DNA of 64,000 bases from Candidatus Latescibacterota bacterium (lineage in GTDB: Bacteria; Latescibacterota; UBA2968; GCA-2709665): contig OZ250150.1 in NCBI GenBank assembly GCA_965237675.1, forward strand, positions 5,540,659-5,604,658. Direction: 5' to 3'. The notes beneath the pieces are model-generated. The model ran no database searches. It saw only the letters and a program-made list of their open reading frames with translations, and was not told the origin of the DNA. Shown piece after piece: positions 1 through 9,400 of this stretch. Position 1 is the first letter of the stretch, and every line of letters begins with the position of its first letter. The translations under genes and the position numbers were made by a program.

Positions 1-1680
1 TGGCCACGACGGCCAGATGAGCCTTTTCCCATCGGGCGAAAACGCCACCTGCCCTACCGCCCCCCGTGTACGCTCAGGGATGGTGATTTCTGCTCGGCTC
101 TCCACGTCCCATAGCCTGACGGTGGCTTCGTCGGTTTTCCAGGAATCGCCTGACCCGGAGGCGAGCAGCGTTCCATCGGGAGAAAAAGCCACCGCATTGA
201 TCATAGCTGCATGTCCTTCCAGAGTAGCGATCTCCTTTCGGCTCCCGACGTCCCACAGCCTCACCGTGCGATCCTCCGACCCGGAAGCCAGTAGAGCCCC
301 GTCGGTGGAAAACGCCACGGATCTGACTGAACGCGTATGCCCTTCGAAGGTGTCAATCAGCTCCCGGTTCCTTACGTCCCACAGCTGGATCGCTAAACCC
401 CGTGGCGAGGCGAGCAGGTCTCCCTCGGGTGAAAACGCAATCGCATCGCCACCCGCGCCTTCGAGAGTCCCGATCCGTTCGCGTGTGCTCACGTCCCACA
501 GAATGAATGAACCAGAACCCCACGGCCCGGCTGCAAGGATGGATTCGACGGGCGAAAACGCCACGGACCCGACGTGGTCCGTATCTCCCCTCAGGATAGC
601 GATCTCGTATGGCGAACTCTCGGTAAGGAACGAATTCGACTCACTCACGTTCCCTTCCGCATCGACGGAGACGATGAGAAGGTGATGTCTGGGCTGATCG
701 GAGAGGTTCGTAAAGCCCCGTTCCCAGAAGCTGCCGTCATAGTTGAACTCAACGACGGCGTCCGTTTTGCCGAGCACACCACGACACGGTTTGGCGTTGC
801 CGATCAGGCCCACCTGATGAAGTCCCTCCGAGTCGCTCACCCGGAGCTTGACCGGGACGCTTTTCAATCCGGACTGATATCTCGTGGACGACGTGATCTC
901 CACGGTTGGCGGCGTCCCCTCCTCTATCGGACTGTCGGGATTGAAGCAGGTATGCACGGACAGGAATTCCGCGGCGCACGACGACAACTCGGACCGACGA
1001 CGACCGCCATAGGACATGATGTACCGATTGTCTCTGAAGTCGTGGTACAGTCCGAAGGTATGTCCGAGTTCATGAGTCACCGTGAAGAAACCGAACCTGT
1101 CCGGCACCACCAGATAACCGCCATTTTTCGTCCGCCGCCGTCCGACCCCTCCCGCAGGCTGACCATTGCCCTGACGAAGCGCATCAGTACCCAGGACGAT
1201 GAAGTAGATGTTCGCATCCAGATCGAACGCCTGTTCGAGCTCTTCCATCACCGCCCACCCAAGGGTGTTGTCGTAGTGACTGAAGGGATGCCGTCCGTCG
1301 ACGCGATGCACCAGCGGCTCGCCCTGGGCATCGGTCTCGATGCCGAAGGTCCAGTCGCCGTAGCCGTGGGCCTGCATCTGCTCGCGGTAGAAGGTCTGAC
1401 TCTGCTTGATCACCGTCTTCATCGAATCGACCACGTCCGAGCGGTACGGCCAGTCGTTCGGGAGGAAGTAGATCATCCGAACCGTGCGCGTTGCGCCGAC
1501 GTTTAGATCGGCCGGTCGCTTGGCCGCGGGGCGGGTGGGGTCCAGCCGCGACTGCTCGAAGTCGAAGGCGCAGAAATTCATGCTGTCTGCGGGCGGGGGA
1601 GAAGCGCGGGCGGCCGACAGGGGGGAGAGGAGGAGGCCCAGTAACAGGATGATGCCGAGATGAAGAACGGGAGGTTTCAT
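1..1680 (-). CDS. Secreted metzincin Zn-metalloprotease plus WD40 repeats; 3' end runs off the window, so it is absent from the ORF track
   Basis: Read manually: ATG at 1680 after AAAGCAGG. MKPPVLHLGIILLLGLLLSPLSAARA signal peptide, then PAAKRPADLNVGATRTVRMIYFLPND; VTHELGHTFGLYHDFRDNRYIMSYG (HExxHxxGxxH plus Met-turn) at ~1010-1080; WD40 motifs toward position 1. Paralog of 1841-4960. Confidence 0.9.
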   Translation of the reverse strand, partial: MKPPVLHLGIILLLGLLLSPLSAARASPPPADSMNFCAFDFEQSRLDPTRPAAKRPADLNVGATRTVRMIYFLPNDWPYRSDVVDSMKTVIKQSQTFYREQMQAHGYGDWTFGIETDAQGEPLVHRVDGRHPFSHYDNTLGWAVMEELEQAFDLDANIYFIVLGTDALRQGNGQPAGGVGRRRTKNGGYLVVPDRFGFFTVTHELGHTFGLYHDFRDNRYIMSYGGRRRSELSSCAAEFLSVHTCFNPDSPIEEGTPPTVEITSSTRYQSGLKSVPVKLRVSDSEGLHQVGLIGNAKPCRGVLGKTDAVVEFNYDGSFWERGFTNLSDQPRHHLLIVSVDAEGNVSESNSFLTESSPYEIAILRGDTDHVGSVAFSPVESILAAGPWGSGSFILWDVSTRERIGTLEGAGGDAIAFSPEGDLLASPRGLAIQLWDVRNRELIDTFEGHTRSVRSVAFSTDGALLASGSEDRTVRLWDVGSRKEIATLEGHAAMINAVAFSPDGTLLASGSGDSWKTDEATVRLWDVESRAEITIPERTRGAVGQVAFSPDGKRLIWPSWP

Positions 1681-1762
1681 CGTGGTATCCTGCTTTCGAA
1701 AAGTCGCTATCCCAAACTCTCGATCTCGGGCACTACGAGGACAGCCGCGGTGCAACGCCACA

Positions 1763-1792
1763 GTTATGGACAGGTTACGCGGCCGCGTCCAA
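1763..1792 (-). promoter_or_regulatory. Putative sigma70-like promoter TTGGAC-N18-CATAAC
   Basis: Same position and AACCTGTC pre -10 motif as the paralogous leader at 5043-5072 (offset 3280 bp, same as the start codons). Confidence 0.45.
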
Positions 1793-1840
1793 CAAGCCTC
1801 AACAAACGCTTTCGAACCAGAATTGTGCGGACCTTCAGTT

Positions 1841-4800
1841 TTACGAGGTTGTTTTTCCGAAGGCGCCGTCGAAGATCAGAAAATCGCCGAACCCGATGGC
1901 GCCGTCCTCATCCAGATCGTACCGCGCATCGTATCCAGCATGACCTTGACTTCGCCCAAATGCGGAGGCAAATAGCAAAAAGTTGCTGAAACCGACGGTC
2001 CCATCGCCGTCGAAGTCGGGATTGGGAGTTAGAGGGGCGATGTAGGGCGAAATATCCCACAGCAACATTGTGCCGTCCGATGCTCCGGAGACCAGGGTGG
2101 CGCCGTCGCGCGAAAACCCAACGGAATGGACCCAACCCGTGTGCCCTTCCAGTGTGGCGATCTGTTCTCGGGGCTCCACGTCCCTCAGCCTGACGGTGCG
2201 GTCCCACGACCCGGAAGCCAGAAGTGCGCCGTCGCAAGAAAACGACATGGAACCGACCCCGGACGTGTGCCCTTCAAGAGTGGCAATCCTTGCCATTCTG
2301 GCCGCGTCCCACAGCCCGACCGTGCCATTCTGATATCCCAACGCCAGAGTAACTCCATCGCTAGAAAGCGCCATCGTGGACAAGAACCCATGACCGGACA
2401 CACCGGCGGCATCGCCCGTCTCCACGTCCCGAATCAACACGGTGCCGTCAGAGGCGCCGGAGACCAGGGTCGCGCCATCGGACGAAAACGCCACCGAACT
2501 GACACCCTCAGTATGTCCTTCCAGCACGGCGATCGGTTCACCACCGGGCACGTCCCACAACTTGATCGTCTCATCACCTGACCCAGACGCGAGCACTTTT
2601 CCATCGGGCGAAAATGCCACCGAACCGACACCCTCAGTATGTCCTTCCAGCACGGCGATCGGTTCACCACCGGGCACGTCCCACAACTTGATCGTCTCAT
2701 CACCTGACCCAGACGCGAGCACTTTTCCATCGGGCGAAAATGCCAACAAGACATTTCCCTCATGGCCTTCGAGGGAGGCGATCTGGTCTCCGCTGGCCAC
2801 GTCCCAAAGATGAATCACGCCATCCTGAATCGCGCTATCCCATGCCAAGGTAGCCCGACGGGTTCCATCGGGCGAAAGCGCAAAGCCTTCGAGCGAGGTG
2901 ATCCGGTCTCCGCCGGCCACGTCCCAAAGATGAATGGCGGTACCAGACCCGGAAGCCAAACGGGTTCCATCGGATAAAAACGCCAACGAATGGACCGCCT
3001 GCGTATGGCCTTCGAGGGAGGCGATCTGGTCTCCGCTGGCCACGTTCCACAAACGCACTGTGTAATCACTGAGCAACCGCACGCCGGCCGCGATCATTTT
3101 CCCATCGGGGGGTGAAAACGCCACCGAATGGACGGTCTCCGTATAGCCTTCAAGGGAGGCGATCCGGTCGCCACTGGTCACGTCCCATAACCGCACCGTA
3201 TTTTCACTTAACTCGGGGAAAAACGAAGGAAAAAACGCGTCTCCCAACCCGGCCACGAGCATTTTCCCATCAGGGGGCGAAAACGCCACCGAAGCGACTC
3301 CATCGGTATGGCCTTCGAGCGTGGCGATATTCGTGTTCGTCGCCACGTCCCACAACTTCACCGTCTCATCAAATGTTCTTCCTCCTGACGCGATCAATTG
3401 GCCATCGGGCGAAAACACCACCGAAGCGACCCCATCGGAATGGCCTTCGAGCGTGGCGATATCTGTTTTCGTCGCCACGTCCCACAACTTCACCGTCTCA
3501 TCATTTGATCCGGATACGAGCATTTTCCCCTCAGGCGAAAACACCACCGAAGCGACCCCATCGGAATGGCCTTCGAGCGTGGCGATATTTGTCTTCGCCG
3601 CCACGTCCCACACCTTGATCGTCCTGTCCCAGGATCCCGACGCCAAGATGACGCCGTTTGGCGAAAAAGCCACCGAATTCACCCCGTCTGTATGCCCTCT
3701 CAAGTTGGCAATCTGCGTGGTGGACTCCAGGTGCCACACTGTAATCATCCCGTCCCAAGACCCGGTTGCCAGAATGGCGCCATTGGGCGAGAAGACCACC
3801 GAACCGACGTCGCTATTTGCGCCGTGCAGGGTTGCAATCTGGTGTGGGGACATTTCCGAGAGCACGAAATCCGTGTAGCCTACGTCTCCCTCTGAATTGA
3901 CAACCTGAATGCGAATCGGATGGGCAACCGGATCCGAAAGACTGGATCCGAAGGAAGATGGAATGGTACCGTCATACTCGAATTCCACGACAGCATCTCT
4001 TCCGCCTGACAATCCGCGACACGCCTTGATCTCGGACACTCCGGCAGTGATGTCTATGTCCCTGGTTACAGCGAAGAGGATCACTTGGTGAAGGTCGTAC
4101 GAGCCGCCAACCTTGAGTTGGATCGGCGCGCTCCTGGTACCAGCCACATAAGTCCGCGACGAAACGAGCTCAGCGGTCGGTCTACGCTCCCAGTCACTTT
4201 CGAGAGAGCTTTCGTCATTAAAGTACGGATTTACGGCCAGAAACTCCGCAGCACACGCTGACAGTGAGTTTCGTCTCCAACCTCCGTACGACATGATATA
4301 CCGATTGTCCCTGAAATCGTGCAGCAGCCCGAACGCATGTCCCAGTACGTGGGCTACGGTTATAAAGATTACACTGCTAGGAACCAGGGCACTGCCGCGC
4401 TTCTTGTAACCTCCACCGGTTCCCCCCGCACGACGCCCTCCGCCCAGGCCGATTGCATTTATACTATGGTCAACGACGATCAGGTAGATGTTCTCCTGGA
4501 GGTCGAAGATCAGATCGATCTCGTCATAGACAACGTGGGTGTTATCCAAATAGTGGCTGTCCGGGTGCTGCCCGACCACTTGATGCACGAGCGGCTCACC
4601 CCGGGCGTCGGTTTCGATGCGCAAGGTCCCCATGCCGTACCCGTGCGACTCCATCTGTTCGACAAAGAAGGTCTGAGCCTGGCGAATCCTGACGCTTATC
4701 GAATCGATGACTTCCTGCCGGAAAGGACGGTCGTTGGGCAGGAAGTAGATCATCCGCACGGTGCGGGGTTCGCCCACGTTCAGGTCCGCCGCGAACTTAG

Positions 4801-4960
4801 CAGCGGGGAGGGGATGCTCCCGCCGCCATTGCTCGTAATCGAAAACCACACAGGAGTGGACGCTGTCGGCCGGCGGAGACGACGCATGGGCAGACGACCG
4901 CGGGAAGACAACAAGGCCGAGCACAATACAAAAAGCGGATTTTAGGACCGAAGGTTTCAG
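1841..4960 (-). CDS. Secreted metzincin-like protein with catalytic Glu>Val, long WD40 array and C-terminal class B dockerin-like domain
   Basis: Within ORF 1841-5083. The position homologous to the paralog's ATG is CTG at 4958-4960. Motif AHVLGHAFGLLHDFRDNRYIMSYG; many GH...VAFSPDG...LWDV repeats; ends PDFDGDGTVGFSNFLLF...YDLDEDGAIGFGDFLIF. Confidence 0.85.
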   Translation of the reverse strand: MKPSVLKSAFCIVLGLVVFPRSSAHASSPPADSVHSCVVFDYEQWRREHPLPAAKFAADLNVGEPRTVRMIYFLPNDRPFRQEVIDSISVRIRQAQTFFVEQMESHGYGMGTLRIETDARGEPLVHQVVGQHPDSHYLDNTHVVYDEIDLIFDLQENIYLIVVDHSINAIGLGGGRRAGGTGGGYKKRGSALVPSSVIFITVAHVLGHAFGLLHDFRDNRYIMSYGGWRRNSLSACAAEFLAVNPYFNDESSLESDWERRPTAELVSSRTYVAGTRSAPIQLKVGGSYDLHQVILFAVTRDIDITAGVSEIKACRGLSGGRDAVVEFEYDGTIPSSFGSSLSDPVAHPIRIQVVNSEGDVGYTDFVLSEMSPHQIATLHGANSDVGSVVFSPNGAILATGSWDGMITVWHLESTTQIANLRGHTDGVNSVAFSPNGVILASGSWDRTIKVWDVAAKTNIATLEGHSDGVASVVFSPEGKMLVSGSNDETVKLWDVATKTDIATLEGHSDGVASVVFSPDGQLIASGGRTFDETVKLWDVATNTNIATLEGHTDGVASVAFSPPDGKMLVAGLGDAFFPSFFPELSENTVRLWDVTSGDRIASLEGYTETVHSVAFSPPDGKMIAAGVRLLSDYTVRLWNVASGDQIASLEGHTQAVHSLAFLSDGTRLASGSGTAIHLWDVAGGDRITSLEGFALSPDGTRRATLAWDSAIQDGVIHLWDVASGDQIASLEGHEGNVLLAFSPDGKVLASGSGDETIKLWDVPGGEPIAVLEGHTEGVGSVAFSPDGKVLASGSGDETIKLWDVPGGEPIAVLEGHTEGVSSVAFSSDGATLVSGASDGTVLIRDVETGDAAGVSGHGFLSTMALSSDGVTLALGYQNGTVGLWDAARMARIATLEGHTSGVGSMSFSCDGALLASGSWDRTVRLRDVEPREQIATLEGHTGWVHSVGFSRDGATLVSGASDGTMLLWDISPYIAPLTPNPDFDGDGTVGFSNFLLFASAFGRSQGHAGYDARYDLDEDGAIGFGDFLIFDGAFGKTTS
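2501..2745. repeat. Recent tandem duplication of one WD40 repeat (126-bp period)
   Basis: 2501-2619 and 2627-2745 are identical; they encode SPDGKVLASGSGDETIKLWDVPGGEPIAVLEGHTEGV twice. Confidence 0.9.
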
Positions 4961-5042
4961 TGTGATAACCTGCTTTCCAGAATCAGCTATCCCAAGCTCA
5001 CGATCTCGGTTCGTAACGTTAGAGGCGCGCTGCCACGCCACC

Positions 5043-5072
5043 GTTATAGACAGGTTGTGTTGCTGCGTCCAA
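5043..5072 (-). promoter_or_regulatory. Putative sigma70-like promoter TTGGAC-N18-TATAAC
   Basis: Minus strand TTGGACGCAGCAACACAACCTGTCTATAAC, conserved with 1763-1792. Confidence 0.5.
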
Positions 5073-5126
5073 CAAGCCCACAAAGACCCCGTCGAACCAG
5101 CAAGGCACGAATCTAACGGATCTCGC

Positions 5127-5860
5127 TCACTCTGTTACCAGATGCCATTTCAGCTTGGATCCGGGCAAGGAAACGGCCACCCCTTCCACCTCCAGTTCAT
5201 CCAGCTTCACCGGCAAATTCCCGCGTAGAAGAAAACCCTGATCTTCATACGGGCCGATGAGAGAATCTTCTTTGTTGTCCAGTTTGATCTTTCGTCCTCC
5301 TACACACGTAAAGACAATGTCCTTGAACTTGCGGGGTTTGCCAATATCGGCAGTGGCGTATGCCTTACCCAGAATCTGTGTCGGATCCAGCGAAAAACCG
5401 CTGGCGACAGCCTGTGTTGTCCAGCGCTGGCACGATATTTCAAGTGTCACGACCTCATCTCCGCGGTTGTTGCGCCCCACCACGCGAACCGGCTTGTCGA
5501 ACACCTTCACCCGGGAACTTGTAAACGCCGCGATGCGATCATCCAGCAGAGGGTGCGAGCGAAACGCCCGCATATTCTTTTGGTCGACCCCGACGTAATC
5601 CGTGCAATACCGCAATTTCTTCAACACACGCGTCATTTCGGCGAGCCCTTCGCCGCCGTATTGCCGCTCCAGATACAACGCCGCCATGGCGTCGGCCTCT
5701 TCCTCCATCGATCGCGGCTAGCCTTCGTAAAACACATCGGTCGCGGCCTTGACCAGGTTGTATGCCAGGCCGCCGAATATTACCGCTTTTTCCACTTTGT
5801 CTTCCTTTGATTTCTTCCCGGCCAGCACACCCACAAGCACGCCCGCGCCTTCAGCTTCGG
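5127..5860 (-). pseudogene. Truncated M48-family (HtpX/BepA-like) peptidase, C-terminal part
   Basis: Frame reads ...AATDVFYEG*PRSMEEEADAMA...FRSHPLLDDRIAAF, with TAG (5718-5720) where the M48 YSRxxExEAD motif has Tyr. SHPxxxxRI is present; no HExxH found upstream. Confidence 0.7.
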
Positions 5861-6286
5861 CATGCGTGAAAAATGCCTGTCTTTTGTCCGCATTGGGCAG
5901 GTGATTGGACGATTAATCGGGTTTGTGCGTTGATTTCCACCTATTTGGTTGCGGCTGAACAACGCGAAGCCGCGATAGATAAAGCATTAGATCATTTGCA
6001 GTCGTTAAAGCGGGCAGTTCTATTCGATGGGCCTGCCAAGCCGGAGGCGCGTGCAAAAATCAGGAAATTGCGGCGTCTGGCGGCCCTGGAAATGGGGTCC
6101 CAAACGGTTCACGAAGCCGTGGTACCTCTGATTATAATGACCGGACGGCGGGCACCGGGCAGCGCCGGAATACTGGAGCGAGCAGAAGGCGCCGCCCGTC
6201 GCTACGCCCGCCACCACGTCCGAAGCAACGCCAGTGGCGAAGAAAGAGCGCCGTTCAAAGCGGTTTATTCCAAATCCGGTACATCG

Positions 6287-6420
6287 TCAACCAGACGCGG
6301 TGCTCTTGCCGAATGCGCCGGCAAAGATCAGAAAATCGCTGAACCTGATCGCACCGTTTCCGTCCAGGTCGTAACGTGCTTCGTATCCGGCATCGCCTTG
6401 ACTTTGCCCGAATGCGGCGC
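6287..6420 (-). pseudogene. Orphan 3' half of a class B dockerin-like domain
   Basis: Reads AAFGQSQGDAGYEARYDLDGNGAIRFSDFLIFAGAFGKSTASG*, closely matching the C-terminus of 1841-4960. No start; lies ~35 bp behind the stop of 6456-10709. Confidence 0.85.
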
Positions 6421-6455
6421 CGCGTCCGGTCGAGCAATGCGGCGGTGGTTTGCAT

Positions 6456-9400
6456 CTACGATCCAAACGCATCCACGAACTTGAAGAAATCGGCGAAATC
6501 CACCGTACCGTTGCCGTCGAGGTCAAAGCGGGCGTCCGTGCCGCCGTACGCATCGGCAAACAGGAAGAAATCCACGAAATCGGTCCGGCCGTCACCATTG
6601 AAATCGGTCGCGGCTTGTCCGCCGGTTACACCACTGCTGATAATTTCCAGAGGCAGGTCGGAGGACTTCACGAGTGCGTAACCGAAGTGGTTTGACGGCA
6701 GCCCCGGCAACGTGCCGATATTGACGGTGACGGCAGCGGTTGTGCCGGAGGTGCGGGTCACGGTGAGCGGCTTGCTTTCGACGCTACCCCTGGCAATCGT
6801 GATCGTCGTCGCACCGCCGCTGATGCTGCCGTTGGTGACGGTGAGCGGCAGGACGAGCTCAAACGGCGCACCCATGGGTGCAATCGCCCTGCACTGATCC
6901 ACACCGACCTTTTCTAACGACACTTCAAAGGAAAATGGAGAGCCGGGGTTGGCGCCAAGGCGGAGCGCTGCCAGGCCTGTCAGCCCGGAAAAATCGCCGG
7001 ACTTCAATGCCGTTATACCGCTGGACGCCAACCTGAGAGCATTGATCTCACCGAGATGCGCCGGTGTTACATCGCTGCAGTTGCTTTCAGGGGCTGCGCT
7101 TACGATCACGTCGCGAACTTGAGGTGTGCGGCTGCAGACAGGCAGAGGGGGTGCGATGACGTTGGTTTCGCGGGAAACCTTTCCTGCGCCGAGTTCGTTC
7201 ACTGCGCGCACTTCAAAGAGGTATTCATTGGCGTTGTCCAGGTTACCAGTGGTATAGCCGGTGGCATTCGTCTCGTTGGGAGCACTGCCGGGGATGGATG
7301 TCCATGGACCGAATGCCCCGTTCTTCAACCTTTTCCGGTACTCGAAACCCGCAATCTCGCTGCCTCCATCGCAAGGCATGATCCAGGACAGCTTCACTTG
7401 GTTTCCCTCGTTGATGGCTGCCACGGATGGCGCATCCGGGGCAAGCAGGTCGGTATAGGTCAGGCGTAAATCGATTTGATCGTTTGCGTTCCAAACAGGA
7501 AATCGATCGGGACCGGGGGAAAAACTATACGAAGACAACGAAGAAAGCGTCCAGCCGTCGTTATATTCCGCATCCGAAAAAACAAATCCTTCAACTAGAC
7601 CTTCGACATATAACGTCCAATGACGAAGATCACATCCAGAGATCGCGGCGGAACCGACGATGCCCATGGAGAGACCCTTTTCGTACCCATTCCACGTCAT
7701 AATCCATCCAATCCTGTAAGTGGATCCCCGGTATACGAAATCGGCGTCTGAGATTGTCCCATAAGGCGCGGATGCGATTCTCAGATTTCGGCCAAAATAA
7801 CCCCTTGAATCCCCTGATACTCCCACCGTGATTCTACCCGACCAGACTTCGGTTTCAACAGGCCCCTCGGTGACCGCCAGCGGCAGGTTGGCGGATCTGA
7901 CAAGGACGTACCCTTGATGGCGTCCAGGTAGAACCGGCAATGGGTCTCCGATATTCACAGTAACTGCAAATGTCGTCCCGGGAGTGCGAGTAACTGTGAG
8001 GGTCTCACTTCCCACACTACCTACGGGAATCGTAAGGGTTGATGTACCGCCAGTGATGCTCCCGTTGGTAATGGTAAGCGGCAGCACAATATCAAACGGC
8101 ACACCGCTGGGTGCGACTGCCTTGAACTGGTTTGTCCCAACCTTCTCAAGGGAAACGAAGAGGGGCAGCGGATCGACTGCATTGCCAGACAAAACGAGTT
8201 CTATCAGTGGTTCTGTGAGACCGTCGAATATACCCGCCGGGAGCGACGTCAACGCATTGCCACGTAGCCAGATCAATCTCAGTTCTGTGAGACCGTCAAA
8301 TATACCTGCAGGGAGCGACGTCAACGCATTGTCAGACAAATGGAGATCTCTCAGTTCTGTGAGCCCGTCAAATATACCCGCAGGAAGCGACGTCAATCTA
8401 TTGCTATTCAGGTAGAGCGTTCTCAGTGAAGTGAGCCCGTCAAATAAACCCACAGGCAACGCAGCCAACTCGTTGTAGCGCAGCCAGAGTCTTATCACAG
8501 AGTCTAGTCCATCAAAATCCCCTGCTTTCAGTGCTGTGACGCCTTTTCTCTGTAGGTCGAGTATGGTAATCGCAGCGAGATGTGATTCTGTCACATTGCG
8601 ACAATTGCTTATGCCCGACACTGCGGCCACAATCGCGTCGCGCACCTGCGGTGTGCGGTCGCAGACGGGAGTTATGGGCCCCGTCCACTCAGACACGTCC
8701 CAGAATTTGATTGCCTTGTTCGCAGTGGCAATCAGCTGCTTCCCATCGGGCGAGAAAATCAGCCGTCCCGCGCTACCCGGTCCCGCCGAGATAGTGGCCA
8801 AATAATCCTTTGTCGAAACGTTCCAGATTTCAATCAGGCCATTATCCGCTACGGCGAGAATAGCTCCATCCGGCGAAAAGGCGAAAGTAGCCCACGGGTA
8901 GTCACGCATATGCTGATAGGTTCCGGTTTCCATTCCCGTCGCTATGTTCCACAGCTTAAACCCGTAGCCGTGAGGATGCCTTGATGCGAGACTTGCACCA
9001 TCGGGCGAAACCGCTACGCTCCCAGCCGCATCCGTGTCAAAGGAGGAGATCTCTGATCTTGTTGTCACGTTCCACAGCTTGACGCCGCCGCCGTTGGACT
9101 TTGATACGAGCGTCCCATCGGGAACAAAAGCGACTGACAAAATCCCATCCGAATGCCCTTCGAGGGTCGCACTATGCGCGCCAGTTGCTACGTGCCACAA
9201 CCTGACTGTGCGATCCAACGATCCGGAGGCGAGCATCGACCCATCGGGTGAAAAGTCCAGAGACAGGACTCGACCCGTATGCCCTTCGAGTGTGGCGACC
9301 TCTTTTCTTGTGTTCACATTCCACATTTTGATCGTGCCATTCGCCGATCCGGACGCGAGCAGTGTCCCGTCGGGCGAAAACGCTACTGACCAGTTCACGT

